Below, one piece after another: positions 42,620 to 55,368 of a DNA stretch of 62,000 bases. Below the pieces are notes generated by a model. It had not been told where the DNA came from. It was given only the letters and a program-made list of their open reading frames with translations, and did no database searches. Positions within the stretch are counted from its first letter, which is position 1, and every line of letters begins with the position of its first letter. A program made the translations under genes and the position numbers. The DNA is from Octopus vulgaris (Eukaryota), in NCBI GenBank assembly GCA_951406725.2, contig OX597822.1:43482001-43544000 (forward strand), given 5' to 3'.

Positions 42620-43290
42620 ATAGTTCTAGTAACGAATTTTCCCAAAAGATGCTGACAAGGAATGACGCGTAATAAGGCATGTTATCTTGGTGTAATATCC
42701 AGGTCTTTTTTTGTGTATGGATGCCTCATACGTCTTTCTTCGTACTGTCTTTGCTAACTGACTCAGCACCTTCTAGTAAAATTCGTAATTGAACTTCTGC
42801 TTGTTTTGAACAAACTTATGTACGACACTCAATAAGTAAAAAAAAAGCAAAAAAAGAAAACACCCAAACAAAGCAGACAATTCGACCATGACCTTCGCGT
42901 TTGAGCTACTCTGACGTGATATTTTATTCGTAGCGACAATGATATATTGTATTTCGTTTTCACATTGTAGACATACTGCCACGTATCATCATCTGTTATA
43001 ACACATTCCAGAAAGTCTTCATCACTTTTCAAACATTCACCTGACCGAGTTTCGCTCCCCCTTTGTTCATAGGCCTGAAGACGAGGAACAAATATTATGA
43101 AACTATAATATCTCTCTAAACTTTTTTTTCGAATCATGTAACCCGAATTTTTACAGACCTCTACTTCAGAAATTATATGGAGAGTTAGGCTTCGATTTTC
43201 AGGGATCATAGCTCGTAATTTCGCATCGTCCATATAGTCCGTTCTTGTGTCAGTTTGTCCGGGTTTAAGGAACGTCTTCTCGATTTCAGA
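42620..43290 (-). mobile_element. Decayed mariner transposase
   Basis: PGQTDTRTD..KLRAMIPENRSLT...IFVPRLQAYEQ...DEDFLECVITDDDTWQYVY...VVHKFV...WILHQDN (cf. GDETW and LHHDNA motifs). Confidence 0.8.
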
Positions 43291-44436
43291 CATCCGGTAC
43301 TACATCTATTTCAGACATCCGGTACTACATCTATTTCAGACATCCGGTATCACATCTAACATAGTCTACGGTTCCAGCATTCTTCCTCAGAAGCCTGCTG
43401 TGCTTTTTAAAATGTTTCCATATATGTTATTGAATTTTCCAATTTCATAGAAACGCGTTGTTCTAGAAAAATTCTTCATTGTTTCATTTAAACAGGGCCA
43501 TATCAGATCCAAATATCCGATCCGTTTTCTGTTCGGATTGGCCTTTTGTTCAGAACTGGCCTCTCACACCCACCCTACAATACCATTTTAAAAATAAGCA
43601 ATCACATTATTGAAGTCTCAAAGCTACAAGATGATGCTTGATTTATTCAAAAAACGATATGAATAAAATGCATTAAATTTGACAGTGTAATCTGAATATT
43701 AAATGGTTGACTTGCGACAAATCGCCATGTGCATTAATCATCCGCTCACTGAAGCATGTATAGATTGATGACGGGTTGAAATGGCGGAATGTGGCTATTA
43801 TTAGACTGAAGGACAAGATCACCCATCTAGAGAAAGGAGAAGAGAAGTAAGACAGAGGGAAAGAAAGAAAGAGAGGTTGGAACAGATGGAGAGAAGGCAG
43901 AGAGAAGGACAAAAGAAGAGGGAGAAGGTAGAAGGCCACGGTGTCTGATTCCTTGACAGGCAGATAGGAGATAAGAGATGGAATATTTTAGAATTTACGT
44001 AGTACATTGTTAACTAGATTTTGTCTTCTAGCAGACTTACTTCCTTTGCATGCAACGAGAACTTTCTTGATTCTGACCAAAGTCATCCTTCATCGGTGTA
44101 GATCGGATTTCCTCCTCACATAGAAATTCTCGCTTACGTGTTGCATACGTCTACGACACATGCTGTGGCACCATCGAATGGGGAATAAACCGAAATGGTT
44201 CTTATGACCTAAAAACGTCAAATGAACAAAAACCAAAACAAAAAAAAAAACAAAAAAAAGGAAGAAGAAAGCAGCGATCCGATGAGAAGTCTTTATGTGG
44301 TCGAAACTGTTTCTACTGAGTCGAAACAATCAACAACACAATCAACAACAATATCTCGAAGAGCTGACATCAACGATAGCGAAAACTACTGCTACCACAA
44401 ATACTCCTCCTCCTCCTCCTCCTCCTCCTGCTGCTG

Positions 44437-44486
<50 letters not shown>

Positions 44487-44567
44487 GCTGCTACTAATGC
44501 TGCTTGTACTGTTGCTACCACTGCTGCTGCTGCACTACGATTATTGCTGCTGCTGCTGCTGCTGCTG

Positions 44568-44621
<54 letters not shown>

Positions 44622-44702
44622 ATGCTGCTGGTGCTATTGCTACCACTGCTGCTGCAGCTGCTACTCCTCCTCCTCCTCCTCCTCCTCCTCCTCCTCCTCC
44701 TC

Positions 44703-44766
<64 letters not shown>

Positions 44767-45070
44767 AGCAATAAAACAGCAACAGCGGGAAGTCTGTCAA
44801 ACCGCCACAGTTTGTAAAGTTGTCAAAATGCCCAGATATGTCACCGCAGCCATATATTTTCGATAGAATCTTTATCTTTTAATTGTTTCACCGATTGGAC
44901 CGTAGCCATGCAGGGTCACCGCTTTGAAGGGTTTTAGTCGAGCAAATCAGGTTCATTTTATTGGTCTGGTACTGGTTCTATTGGTGTCAATGGTCAAATG
45001 GTGGTAATACGGGAACGTAAACGAATCGACACCGGTTGCAAAGCAGTTGCGGGGTTCACAGACAGGTATC

Positions 45071-45102
<32 letters not shown>

Positions 45103-45699
45103 TGCGCATTTGTATGTGTGTGTGCGTATGTATGTGTGAGTACGTTTGAATGTGTGTATGCGTGTGTGTGCATCTGTATGTATGTTTGGTGCGCGTGTGT
45201 TTGTATGTGTGTGTATGTTTGCATGTGTGTGTGCGCATGTGTGTGTATGTGCGTGTGTTTGTATGTGTGTGCGTTTGTATGTGTGTGTGTGCGTGTATGT
45301 GTGTGTGCGTTTAATGTGTGTGCATATGTGTGTATGTACGTGCGCTTGTGTCTATGGAAGTTTGTATGTATGTGTATGTGCGTGCTTTTGTATGTATATG
45401 TGTGCGTGTGTGCGTATGTGTCTGTGCGTTTGTATGTATATGTGTGATTGCGTTTGTATGTATGTATGTCTTTGTATGTGTGTGTGCGCGTGTGTGTATG
45501 TGCGCGCGTTTGTATGTGTGTGTGTGCATGCGTTTGTATGTGTCTGTGTTTGTATGTGTGTGTGTTCACCTTGGACAAGTGACTTTTACTATAGGCACGG
45601 GCCAACCAAAGCCTTATGAGTGGATTTGGTAGACAGTCGGTTGTTGTTATAGAAGGTGGGCAGGGCAACATACTCCCTGAGCGGGAGGCCAATCCGCCA

Positions 45700-46270
45700 A
45701 TATTTGCAGTTAGGTGGTCTGGTGTAATATAAAATGAAATGTTTCACACAATCCCGCTGCGTGCCGCCTTGGGGGAAGTGTCTTCTACTATAGCATCGGG
45801 CCGACCAAAGCCTTGTCAGTGAATTTCGTCGAGAGAAACGGAAAAGAAACCCGTGGTATATATATATACGTATATATATCTCACCTTCTCTCTCTGTTTT
45901 ATTTCCCCCTTATTCCTTTCTGTCGAAGAGCGTCGGCTCGAAACGTGAAAGCCTTTTGTATTTTTCCCGAGAATAAAAGTAATACACTTGCTTGTTTTTT
46001 CTACTCCTGTCTTCGTTTGTGATTTTCTGTACATGTGAACTATGTATGTATATGTGTGAGTGTGTGTATGTGTGTGTGTTTGTGTATTTGTGTCTGTTCG
46101 TCTCCCCACCACCACCGCCTGACAACCGTGTTCGTCTTTTTACGATGTAGCAGTTCGGTAAAAATACCGACAGAATAAGTACATGGCGTAGAAAGAATAC
46201 GTCGATTTGTTCGACTAAAAACCCCTTAAGGTGGTGTCCCAGCATGCCCCCTGTCAAATAAGTAAAACAA
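45700..46270 (+). mobile_element. SINE family A with a Penelope terminus (about 45880-46030) nested in its internal (TA)n
   Basis: SINE 5' half ends AACCCGTGG and the 3' half resumes TCTGTTCGTCTCCCC. The insert carries CTGTCGA-A-GAGC gtcg GCTC-GAAA-CGT at 45920-45946. Confidence 0.7.
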
Positions 46271-46634
46271 ACAAATGAATAAATATATATTTTATAAGCC
46301 TAAAGCTTATAAGCAATTGCCGTGTATCGACTAAAGATAATATTTTAATACTGGGAAATATAAGCCATCAAGAGAAGAAGTTGATTTTCGGTACGCATAC
46401 AACTCACGCCTCTCTATATACTTGATACGTGTGTTACCATTAGACTGTCTTGCTTCTTCCCATTAGAATTAAGAACTATAAATTCATAGTGTTGTTTTCT
46501 TTAGTCAATACACGGCGATCGCTCATACACTTTAAGCTTGTGAAATATTATTTACAGAATTGTCATTTATCAGCGCAGAAACAAATGCACGTGCGTGCGC
46601 GCGCACACACACATATAGGCATTTGTGTGTGTAT

Positions 46635-46671
<37 letters not shown>

Positions 46672-46861
46672 AGAGAGGAAAAATTATAATTTTTCCTCTC
46701 CTATCATTTCTCCACGTGCGGTTAACACAACCCCCACCATTTACCGACCTATATATATATATATACACCCACACACACATATGTACACGCACACACACAC
46801 ACACACACACACACGCACGTACACAGACACTCACACATATATATATATATACATACATACA

Positions 46862-46965
46862 CACGAGGGAGTGCTGAAAATTCCCTGGGTTTGCTTAAAA
46901 GAAAATACAGAAGGATTTTATTCAAAATGTATCCCTCTCAGATTCACACACTTATTGCTGCGGTC
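46862..46965 (+). mobile_element. Mariner-like TIR fragment
   Basis: CACGAGGGAGTGCTGAAAATTCCCTGG resembles mariner TIR starts (TACGAGGG..GCTGAAAAGT). No partner TIR was seen. Confidence 0.4.
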
Positions 46966-47709
46966 CGCAGTCATATATACATATATATATATATATATTG
47001 ATTTATATATATATATGTAGACACACACAAATACACACACACTTACATACATGCAAACATATATATATATACATATGTGAAAATATATATATATATACAT
47101 ATGCGATTATGGCCTCGTAACCTAGTGGCTCAGCAAAATAGACCGATAAAATAAATACCAGCTTTTAAAGAAAATATATCTTAGTTTCGAATTGCTCGAT
47201 TAATACACTTCAAGGTGATGCTATATCATGGCCGCAGTCAAATAACTGAAACAAGTAAAAGATAAAAGGTTCATATGTGTATATATATATATGTATATAT
47301 ACATGTAGAGGTAGGTACGTACATATATGTATATATGCATATGTTTTATTTATTTATTAATATATTATTTATATATATATATATATATATATATTGGCCT
47401 GCTCGCTTAGCCAGTGGGGTGGCGTCATGTGAAGGCTAAAACAATGTGAAGCGCATTGTGACCAGCGATGTGTAGCAACATCCTATAGCCTGGTCGGTCA
47501 CGGTGATCACGTTGATATATATATATGTGTGTGTATGTATGTATATATTTATGGAACAAAATCGCAATAGAATTAATTAAAACGTTCGTATAGATTCACG
47601 ATACAAAGGCGGACAAGACAAGAGAAACAGACGGGTCATTCTTGGCTTTCTTTTATCAGTCAAGTAACAGAAGTCACAACCATTTTGGACAACACACACA
47701 TATCATAGT

Positions 47710-47850
47710 CACAGGAGTGGGTGTGTGATAAGTTGCTTGCTTACCAACCACATGGTTCTTGGTTCAGTCCCACTGCATTTCTACAATGGCCTCGGATCGA
47801 CCAAAATCGTGTGAGTGGATTTGGTAGATAGAAACTGAAAGAAGCCCGTC

Positions 47851-47900
<50 letters not shown>

Positions 47901-48135
47901 TTGTGTGTGTGCGTGTGTGTGTTGTGTGTGTGTGTGTGTGTGTCTATGTTTGTCCTGCAAACATCACTTGACAACCGATGCTGGTGTGTTTACGTCTCCG
48001 ATACTTAGCATTTCGGCAAAAGATACCGAAAGAGTAAGTACTAGGCTTACAAAATCCTGGGGTCGAATCCTTGTTCGAATATTGGCGGTGCTCCACCAAG
48101 GCCGCAGTCAAATAACTGAAACAAATAAAACAATA
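47710..48135 (+). mobile_element. SINE family A, near full length
   Basis: Head, body, (TA)n(TG)n, 3' half and GAAACAAATAAAA tail. Confidence 0.8.
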
Positions 48136-48658
48136 AAAAATAAAAGAATATATATATGATCCGAGAGAGAGAGAGAGAGAGAGGAAAAGAGAGAGAGAGA
48201 GAGATGAGATAGAGAAAGGAAGAAAGAAGCGGGAAAAAGACATAAATGTCTTGAACATCTCCTCCCATAATTCACAACAAGCTTGAGAAACACAGACGAG
48301 GTCAATATGAACAATTGGCACGGGTTCAATATCGTTCGTGTACCATTATTGAAGTCGTTAAGTGGAAATCCGCTGGTTAGACCAGTGTGAACTCCATTTT
48401 CTGATTGTTTCACACAGTATTCAGTTGGACACGACACACAGACATCATACGTCACGCACACATAGGAGGCACTTTTATGTCACGCATATATAGGAGACAT
48501 TTTACAAACGTACACATACATATACCCATGTTTACACGTTTTACACGTATATACGCAGACATCATACAATGGCGTTACAATTCCAACGCACATTTAATAC
48601 ATATACACACTCCAGTAAGCTTTAACACAGTTAGCTGGTCAAAGGCATAATGTGCATG

Positions 48659-48691
<33 letters not shown>

Positions 48692-49246
48692 GTGTGTGTG
48701 TGTGTGCATATGTGTGTGTGTGAATGTGTGTGAATGCATATATATACATATATATATATATATACACGTATATATATATACACGTATATATGTATATATA
48801 TATGTGTGTGTGTGTTTGTGCATATATATACATATATATATATATACATATATATGTATATATATATATATATATACATACACACACACACACACATATA
48901 TATATATGTATATATACATATATAAATGTACATAGATATATACAAGCATATATAAACACACGTATACAAATGTGTGTGAGAGCGTGAATGAGTATATATA
49001 TGTATATATATACACTTACATTCTTACAGACACACATCTAAATATGTGTGTGTGTATGTGTGTGTGTGTGTGTCTAGAATCACATATAATTACTCACGCA
49101 CAAACAAATATTTATTGCAGAGCGACAACCTCTGAACAAGACAAAAAACAATTCTCAACTTCACAGATCTGAGTGTTTTCACGCAATCGGCTGCTGAGGC
49201 ACATAACATAATATATATATATATATATATATATGCTGAGGCGCAT

Positions 49247-49324
<78 letters not shown>

Positions 49325-49477
49325 CATATATGTGTGTGTGTGTGTGTGTATGTATATATATATATATACAGATGTATATATGTATGTATGTATCTCTATC
49401 TATCTGCCTGTCTATATTTCGATACATATACACAAATACAGACAGACACATATACACACATACGCACACACACACAC

Positions 49478-49521
<44 letters not shown>

Positions 49522-49523
<2 letters not shown>

Positions 49524-51925
49524 CGGGAAGCTTTATGAAAATAAACAAAAGACGAAGGCAGATGGAGTACAAACAAACAATTGTATTAGTATGGCGCCCA
49601 GGAATATAAATAAAACAAGTCTTTTACGTTTCGAGCCTACGCTCTTCAACAGAAAGATACACAGAAAAGACACACGGAGAGAAACAAAGAGAGAAAAAAA
49701 TGCGTGCAGAGGCTAGCGAATCAACATGGCGATCTGATTTCGGCCAGAAGTCAAAGATCAAACGTGAGACGCAAGAGCGAAATTAGAGGAGATAACAGGG
49801 TCAAATGACCTCGCCCCAACATAAGTGTGTGTGTGTGTATAAGAGAGTATGTAGTGCGTATGAGAGGTCTGGACGTGCGTATGTATATATGATGTGATGT
49901 GTAAAGTCGTATGGTGTAGTGTAGAGAGAGGAGATGAGGGGGAGAGGGGGAGTGAGGAAGAGGGGGGAAAGAAAAGAGGAGGGAAAAAGGAAAGAGGAGA
50001 AGGGGAGGGAGAAGGGGAAAGGTGAGAGTGAGGAGGGGGAGGGGGAGAATGAAAGAAGGAGGGGTGGTGAGGGTGAGATGAGATGAGGGGGTGGAGGGGG
50101 AAATGAGATGAGATGAGGGTGGTGGGTGGAGGGGAAAAGGAGATGAGGGTGGAGTGTGAGGGGGAGAAGGAAAGAGGAGAAGAGGAGGGAGGAGGAGGGG
50201 GAAGGGGGAGAAGGAAGGAGAAGAGAAGAGGAGGGAGGATAGAGGGAGGGGGAGAGGGAGAGAGAAGGGGAGTGAGGGAGCAGAGAGAAAGAGGGAAGGG
50301 GAAGAGGGAAGAAGAAAGAGGGAAGAAGGGAAGAGGAGGGAAAGGGAGTAGGGGTGAAAGGATGAAGGACTGAAGAGAAGTAGGGGTCGGGAGGAGGTTA
50401 GATGAGGAGGGGGGAGAGTTGAAACCAAATGGCGTAAAAGAGCGAAGAGAGAAGATTAATCCCTGTTCACGGCGCAAACGGGAATCCGGATGGCCTCTGT
50501 GCAAGGACAAACCGAACACAGACAGGTGTTGCAAGGAGTGACCGGTGGAGCGGAAATGGCGTGAGACCGGTGTGTCGTTGGCAAGGCGGACGTCACGGAG
50601 GTGTTCCGCGAACCGGTCAGCCAAGCGGCGTCCCGTTTGTCCGATGTACAGGGAATGGCAGAGAGAGCAGGAGACGCAAAAGATGATATTGCTGGAGGTG
50701 CAGGTGAAGGAGTTGATGATGCGATAGGGTCGATGATGGGTGCCAGTGAAAAGGGTGGTGTTGGAGAGGTAAGGGCAAGTGCGGCAACGTGGGCGGGAGC
50801 AGGGGAACGAGCCAGGTTGGGAGGTAGGATCAGGGAAGGAGCTGTGGACCAAAAGGTCTCGTAGGTTATGGGCTCGTTTGAAGGAGGGGAGGGGTCGGTT
50901 AGGGAAGAGGTGTGAAGTGGACGGGTCGGACTGGAGATGCCGGAAAGATCGAAGAATGGTGCGTTGGAGAGGTAGGGTCGTGGGGTGGTAAGTGAGCGGA
51001 AAAGGGAGGCGGGTTCGGGGAGAGAGAGCAGATGCACGGTCTACGGAACGTGCTCTGGCAAGGGCGGTGTGGATAGTGGAGAGGGGGTATCCACGTAGGA
51101 TGAAGTGGTGAGCCAAACGTTGAGACTGAGTCTCAAAGTCATGGTCGTCACTACAGAGCCTACGTAGACGGAGGAATTGGGAATAGGGGATGGAAAGCTT
51201 AGTGTGCTTTGGGTGGGAGGAAGAGAAGTTGAGGTATGAGTGTGAGTCTGTGTGTTTGTAGTGAATGGAGGTGGTAAGAGTGGAGTGATGAATGCTGACC
51301 GAAATGTCGAGGAAGGAGACAGAGGTGTTGGAGATGGAGGTGAAGTGGAGGGCTGGATGGAAGGATTGAACGAAAGAGAGGAAGGAATCTAGATGTTCAC
51401 GGGAGAGTGAGGTGGCACCGATAATGTCAATGTAACGACCGTATAGTTCAGGAGTGGGACCAGTGAAATTAGAGAATATTTGGGCCTCAACATAGCCAAC
51501 GAACAGGTTCGCATAGTTGGGGCCCATTCGCGTTCCCATGGCCACTCCCGAGGTATGTTGGTAGAACTCGCCCGCGAACGAGAAGCAGTTGAGAGTAAGG
51601 ACAAGTTCGGCCAGGCGAATGAGTGTGGTGTCAGGTTCAGGGTTGGGACGGAGGTCGAGAAAGTGTTGAAGTGCCCGCAGTCCTTCGTGGTGAGGGATAA
51701 CGGTATAGAGGCTCTGGATAAGCATAGTAAAAAGGATTTTGGGAGCCAGGAGGAAAGGAGAAATAGTTGAAAAGCCAGAGAGCATGGTTGGTATCGTGGA
51801 TGTGGGAGGGAAGAGACGCCACTAGGGGGGCAAGGACACGGTCGAGGTATTTAGAGATGAGCTCTGTGGGGCAGTTATAGGTGGAGACGATGGGGCGGCC
51901 AGGGTTGTTGGGTTTGTGGATTTTG

Positions 51926-51928
<3 letters not shown>
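49522..51928 (-). mobile_element. Penelope-like element (Neptune-type): RT, Cys-rich linker, GIY-YIG endonuclease, CT-rich 3' region and hammerhead-bearing terminus; disabled
   Basis: PKIHKPNNPGRPIVS...GVAMGTRMGPNYANLFVG...RYID-IIG...FLDISV...HPKHTKLSIPYSQFLRLRRLCS...CSRPRCRTC...YIGQTGRRLADRFAEH...REQGLIF...GFN. Both ends lie in (TA)n. Frameshift near 51780, second catalytic Asp missing. Confidence 0.92.
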
Positions 51929-51987
<59 letters not shown>

Positions 51988-51994
51988 ATATATA

Positions 51995-52527
51995 CTAGCA
52001 GTATCGCCCGGCGTTGCTCGGGTTTGTAAGGGAAAATAACTATATAAGCATTTTTAGAGAGTTATAGCAAAAAAATGCATTAAAAATGGAATAAAAAATG
52101 ATGGTAATTATTTTTTTTAATTGTTGACTCAGTGTCTTCAAGCCATGAAGTCGTTGTTCTAAAAGAACGCTGGTCTCCTTGACAACGCTTTACGACGTTG
52201 ATTTCCTTACACTCCCTTCCCCACAGCTTCACGAGGGAGGGAAGAAGGGGGTGAAGCAAACAGGTTCAGGTGTGAGCGTGGACGCCAACTCCGCCGCCAT
52301 CGACACACGAAAAAATATGCATTAAAATGGAATAAAAAATGATGTTAAATTATTTTTAAAATCGTAGACTCATCGTAGACGCGCGCTAATTCCCAGACGG
52401 GCTCGATATGAATCACGACTATAAGATACCCGAATTTGGTTAAACTGCACCGCAAAATGTGGGAGTACTTAGGAATCTAAATCGAAGGGGACAGACACTT
52501 ACACAACTACAGTTTTATATATATTGA
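51995..52527 (-). mobile_element. Non-autonomous Helitron, tandem unit 1
   Basis: TC start, 3' hairpin and CTAG end. Confidence 0.85.
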
Positions 52528-53042
52528 CTAGCAGTATCGCCCGGCGTTGCTCGGGTTTGTAAGGGAAATAACTATATAAGCATTTTTAGAGAGTTACTTC
52601 CCTTATAGATGCCAATTCGGGCTTTCTTAGCTATTTCTGTTTTGGTGTCTTCAAGCCATGAAGTCGTTGTTCTAAAAGAACGCTGGTCTCCTTGACAACG
52701 CTTTACGACGTTGATTTCCTTACACTCCCTTCCCCACAGCTTCACGAGGGAGGGTAGAAGGGGGAGAAGCAAACAGGTGCAGGTGTGACCATGGACGCCA
52801 ACTCCGCCGCCATCGACACACGAAAAATTATGCATTAAAATGGAATAAAAAATGATGTTAAATTATTTTTAAAATCGTAGACTCATCGTAGACGCGCGCT
52901 AATACTCAGACAGTCTCGATACGAATCACGACTATAAGATACCCGAATTTGGTTAAACTGCACCGCAAAATGTGGGAGTAGTTAGGAATCTAAATCGAAG
53001 GGGACAGACACTCACACAACTACAGTTTTATATATATATAGA
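52528..53042 (-). mobile_element. Non-autonomous Helitron, tandem unit 2
   Basis: TC start, 3' hairpin and CTAG end abutting the TC of unit 1. Confidence 0.85.
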
Positions 53043-53519
53043 TATGTATGTATGTATGTATGTATGTATAATTCATATTTAAAGCTGGGCGCAGTATAAT
53101 ACCAGAAAGGAAAATTCAATCTTCACTAAGTACGACTAATGATACCTAGACACCTACATTGCTAGAAATAGAAGTAAAATACTTCCTCAAGGAAGAGCAC
53201 AAATCTACAAATCTATACACATAGGTTGGCTGAGGAACAAACCTTCACATGTCTGAATAGTGGGGCATGGTGAGGTTTGTTTATCTTTTATCTTTTACTT
53301 GTTTCAGACCACAGGACTGCGGCCATGTTGGAGCATCACCTCGAATAATTTTTAGTCAACTGATTCGATTCCAGTGTATATTTGTTTTTAAACCTGGTAC
53401 TTATGCTATCGGTTCCTTTCGCTGATCCGCTAAGTTCCACGGGGCGCAAACACATAAATAAAGTATATAAACGTATAAATAAAGTATATAAAGTATATAT
53501 ATATATATAAAGTATATAT

Positions 53520-53624
<105 letters not shown>

Positions 53625-54447
53625 TTTATAAAGTATATATATATATATATATATATGTAAAAAATACAAACTGGGACAAGAACGCAAAACATTTAGAAGA
53701 CGATACAAAAAATACAGACATTCGAAGCCTTCAATCTTCAGTCAAGAACCGGATCATTCTCGCAATTTCGGCCGGACAGTTTTGTTAAAATAAGTTTAAA
53801 GCTTATAAGCGATCACTGCGCCATTGCCTAAAGAAAATAGTCAAATAATTGGGTATTATCAGACTATTTTCTTTAGTCATTGCGCAGTAAGGGCTCACAA
53901 GCTTTAAGATTATTAAATACTATTATTATTATTTACAGAATTGTAAAAATCGACGCTGCTTCACAAAACTATCTTCCTTTTCGTCACGTGATCATCTTTC
54001 TTTTCCTGCATGGACGATGAAAAGAAAGGACGAATTTTTCTCTCTCTCTCTCTCATCTATCTTCTCTCTCGTAGTGTTCACTATTTTCCTCTCGCTCTGG
54101 TCTAACGACCCGAAATGTTTGTTTTCGTTCGGTTTTCTTATATATCACTATTGTAATTTTTTCCCCAACTTGGAACCTCCATGAATCCTAAATTTTATTT
54201 TAGAATTTATGGGAGCAACTATCTTTGCAAACTCATATTGTCTTTGAGTGCTCGAAAAGAGTACTAGATAGACAGCCGACAACTGATAAAGGGTCGTTTC
54301 TCTGTGTTTACTTGTCCTGTTTTCCATTTTACTTGTTTACGTATTTTACTCGTTTTTCCATTGTTTCTTTATGTATTTCATGTTATTTGCACCGTTGGTA
54401 ACGTTCCCATATATGCATGTGTGTGCATATATACATACATATATACA

Positions 54448-54483
<36 letters not shown>

Positions 54484-55129
54484 TATATATACATATATAT
54501 ATTATTTATATAAAAATATAATTATGACGCGAACTCTTTAACCCTTTACTTGACCTTTCCTTCCTTCCTGTCTGTCTTCCGCTTTACCTGTCTCTCTCTT
54601 CTTATTTTTCACCCTTTATGATTTCCTTTCCTCTCTCTCTCTCTCTCACTTCTCCTCATCTCTCTCACTGCTGAGTGGACTACCAACTTTCTTTTGCTCG
54701 CAGCTTTCTACAAGTCAACACCGACTTTTTCTTGCGCTCCGAATTTTTCCATCGTCTAGGCTTAAAAAAAGCCCTCAATGTTGATTTCATTGTCCTGTTT
54801 TTATTCTTTATGTGCACTGTATTTTTATTTGTATTGCTTTTACGTCCTGTTCTTGTCACTTTTTTTCTTTCCTTGTTTTACTCCTCTGCAGAAAAAATTT
54901 ATTTAATTCTTTTGCAGGAAGGATTGCTTCGGCGGGTCGTGTTCTGTCCTTACCTACGAAATACGCATTGAGTCGAACCAGGGACAGCTGATGAAGGGGA
55001 ATATTCCTTGTATTGTTTGTCTTGTACTCTGTTTTTTCGTTGTTAAAAAAGTCCGTTTCCTAGTTTGTTTTTATGTTTTCGTTTCTCGTTTTGTTCTACG
55101 TTTATTTGTGGTGTCCTGTACTCATATTT

Positions 55130-55184
<55 letters not shown>

Positions 55185-55337
55185 TGTATATATACATATA
55201 GATGTAGGTACGTACATATATGTATGTATGCATATATTTTATTTATTAAATTATTATATTATATATGTATATATATATATATATGTTTGTATATGTGTAT
55301 ATATATATATATGTATGTATATATGTATATATGTATG

Positions 55338-55368
<31 letters not shown>

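Noticed and set aside
43480-43710. Possible piggyBac-like MITE
   Set aside because: It resembles a recalled repeat, but the TTAA termini and TIRs are too degraded here to support from sequence alone.
49920-50420. Pro/Ser/Leu-rich C-terminal extension of the 675-aa ORF and overlapping Gly/Glu/Arg ORFs
   Set aside because: This is the low-complexity polypurine/pyrimidine 3' region of the Penelope element read through after loss of the stop; G4 or triplex potential is generic.
53715-53775. CTGAAGA/CTGATGA...GAAT motifs on the minus strand here and at about 47635 and 60645
   Set aside because: GAAT instead of GAAA and no convincing helix I or III pairing; probably decayed Penelope termini, not callable as ribozymes.
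54275-55010. CTGATAAAGGG (about 54283) and CTGATGAAGGGG (about 54988) cores
   Set aside because: No downstream GAAA or helix III could be found.
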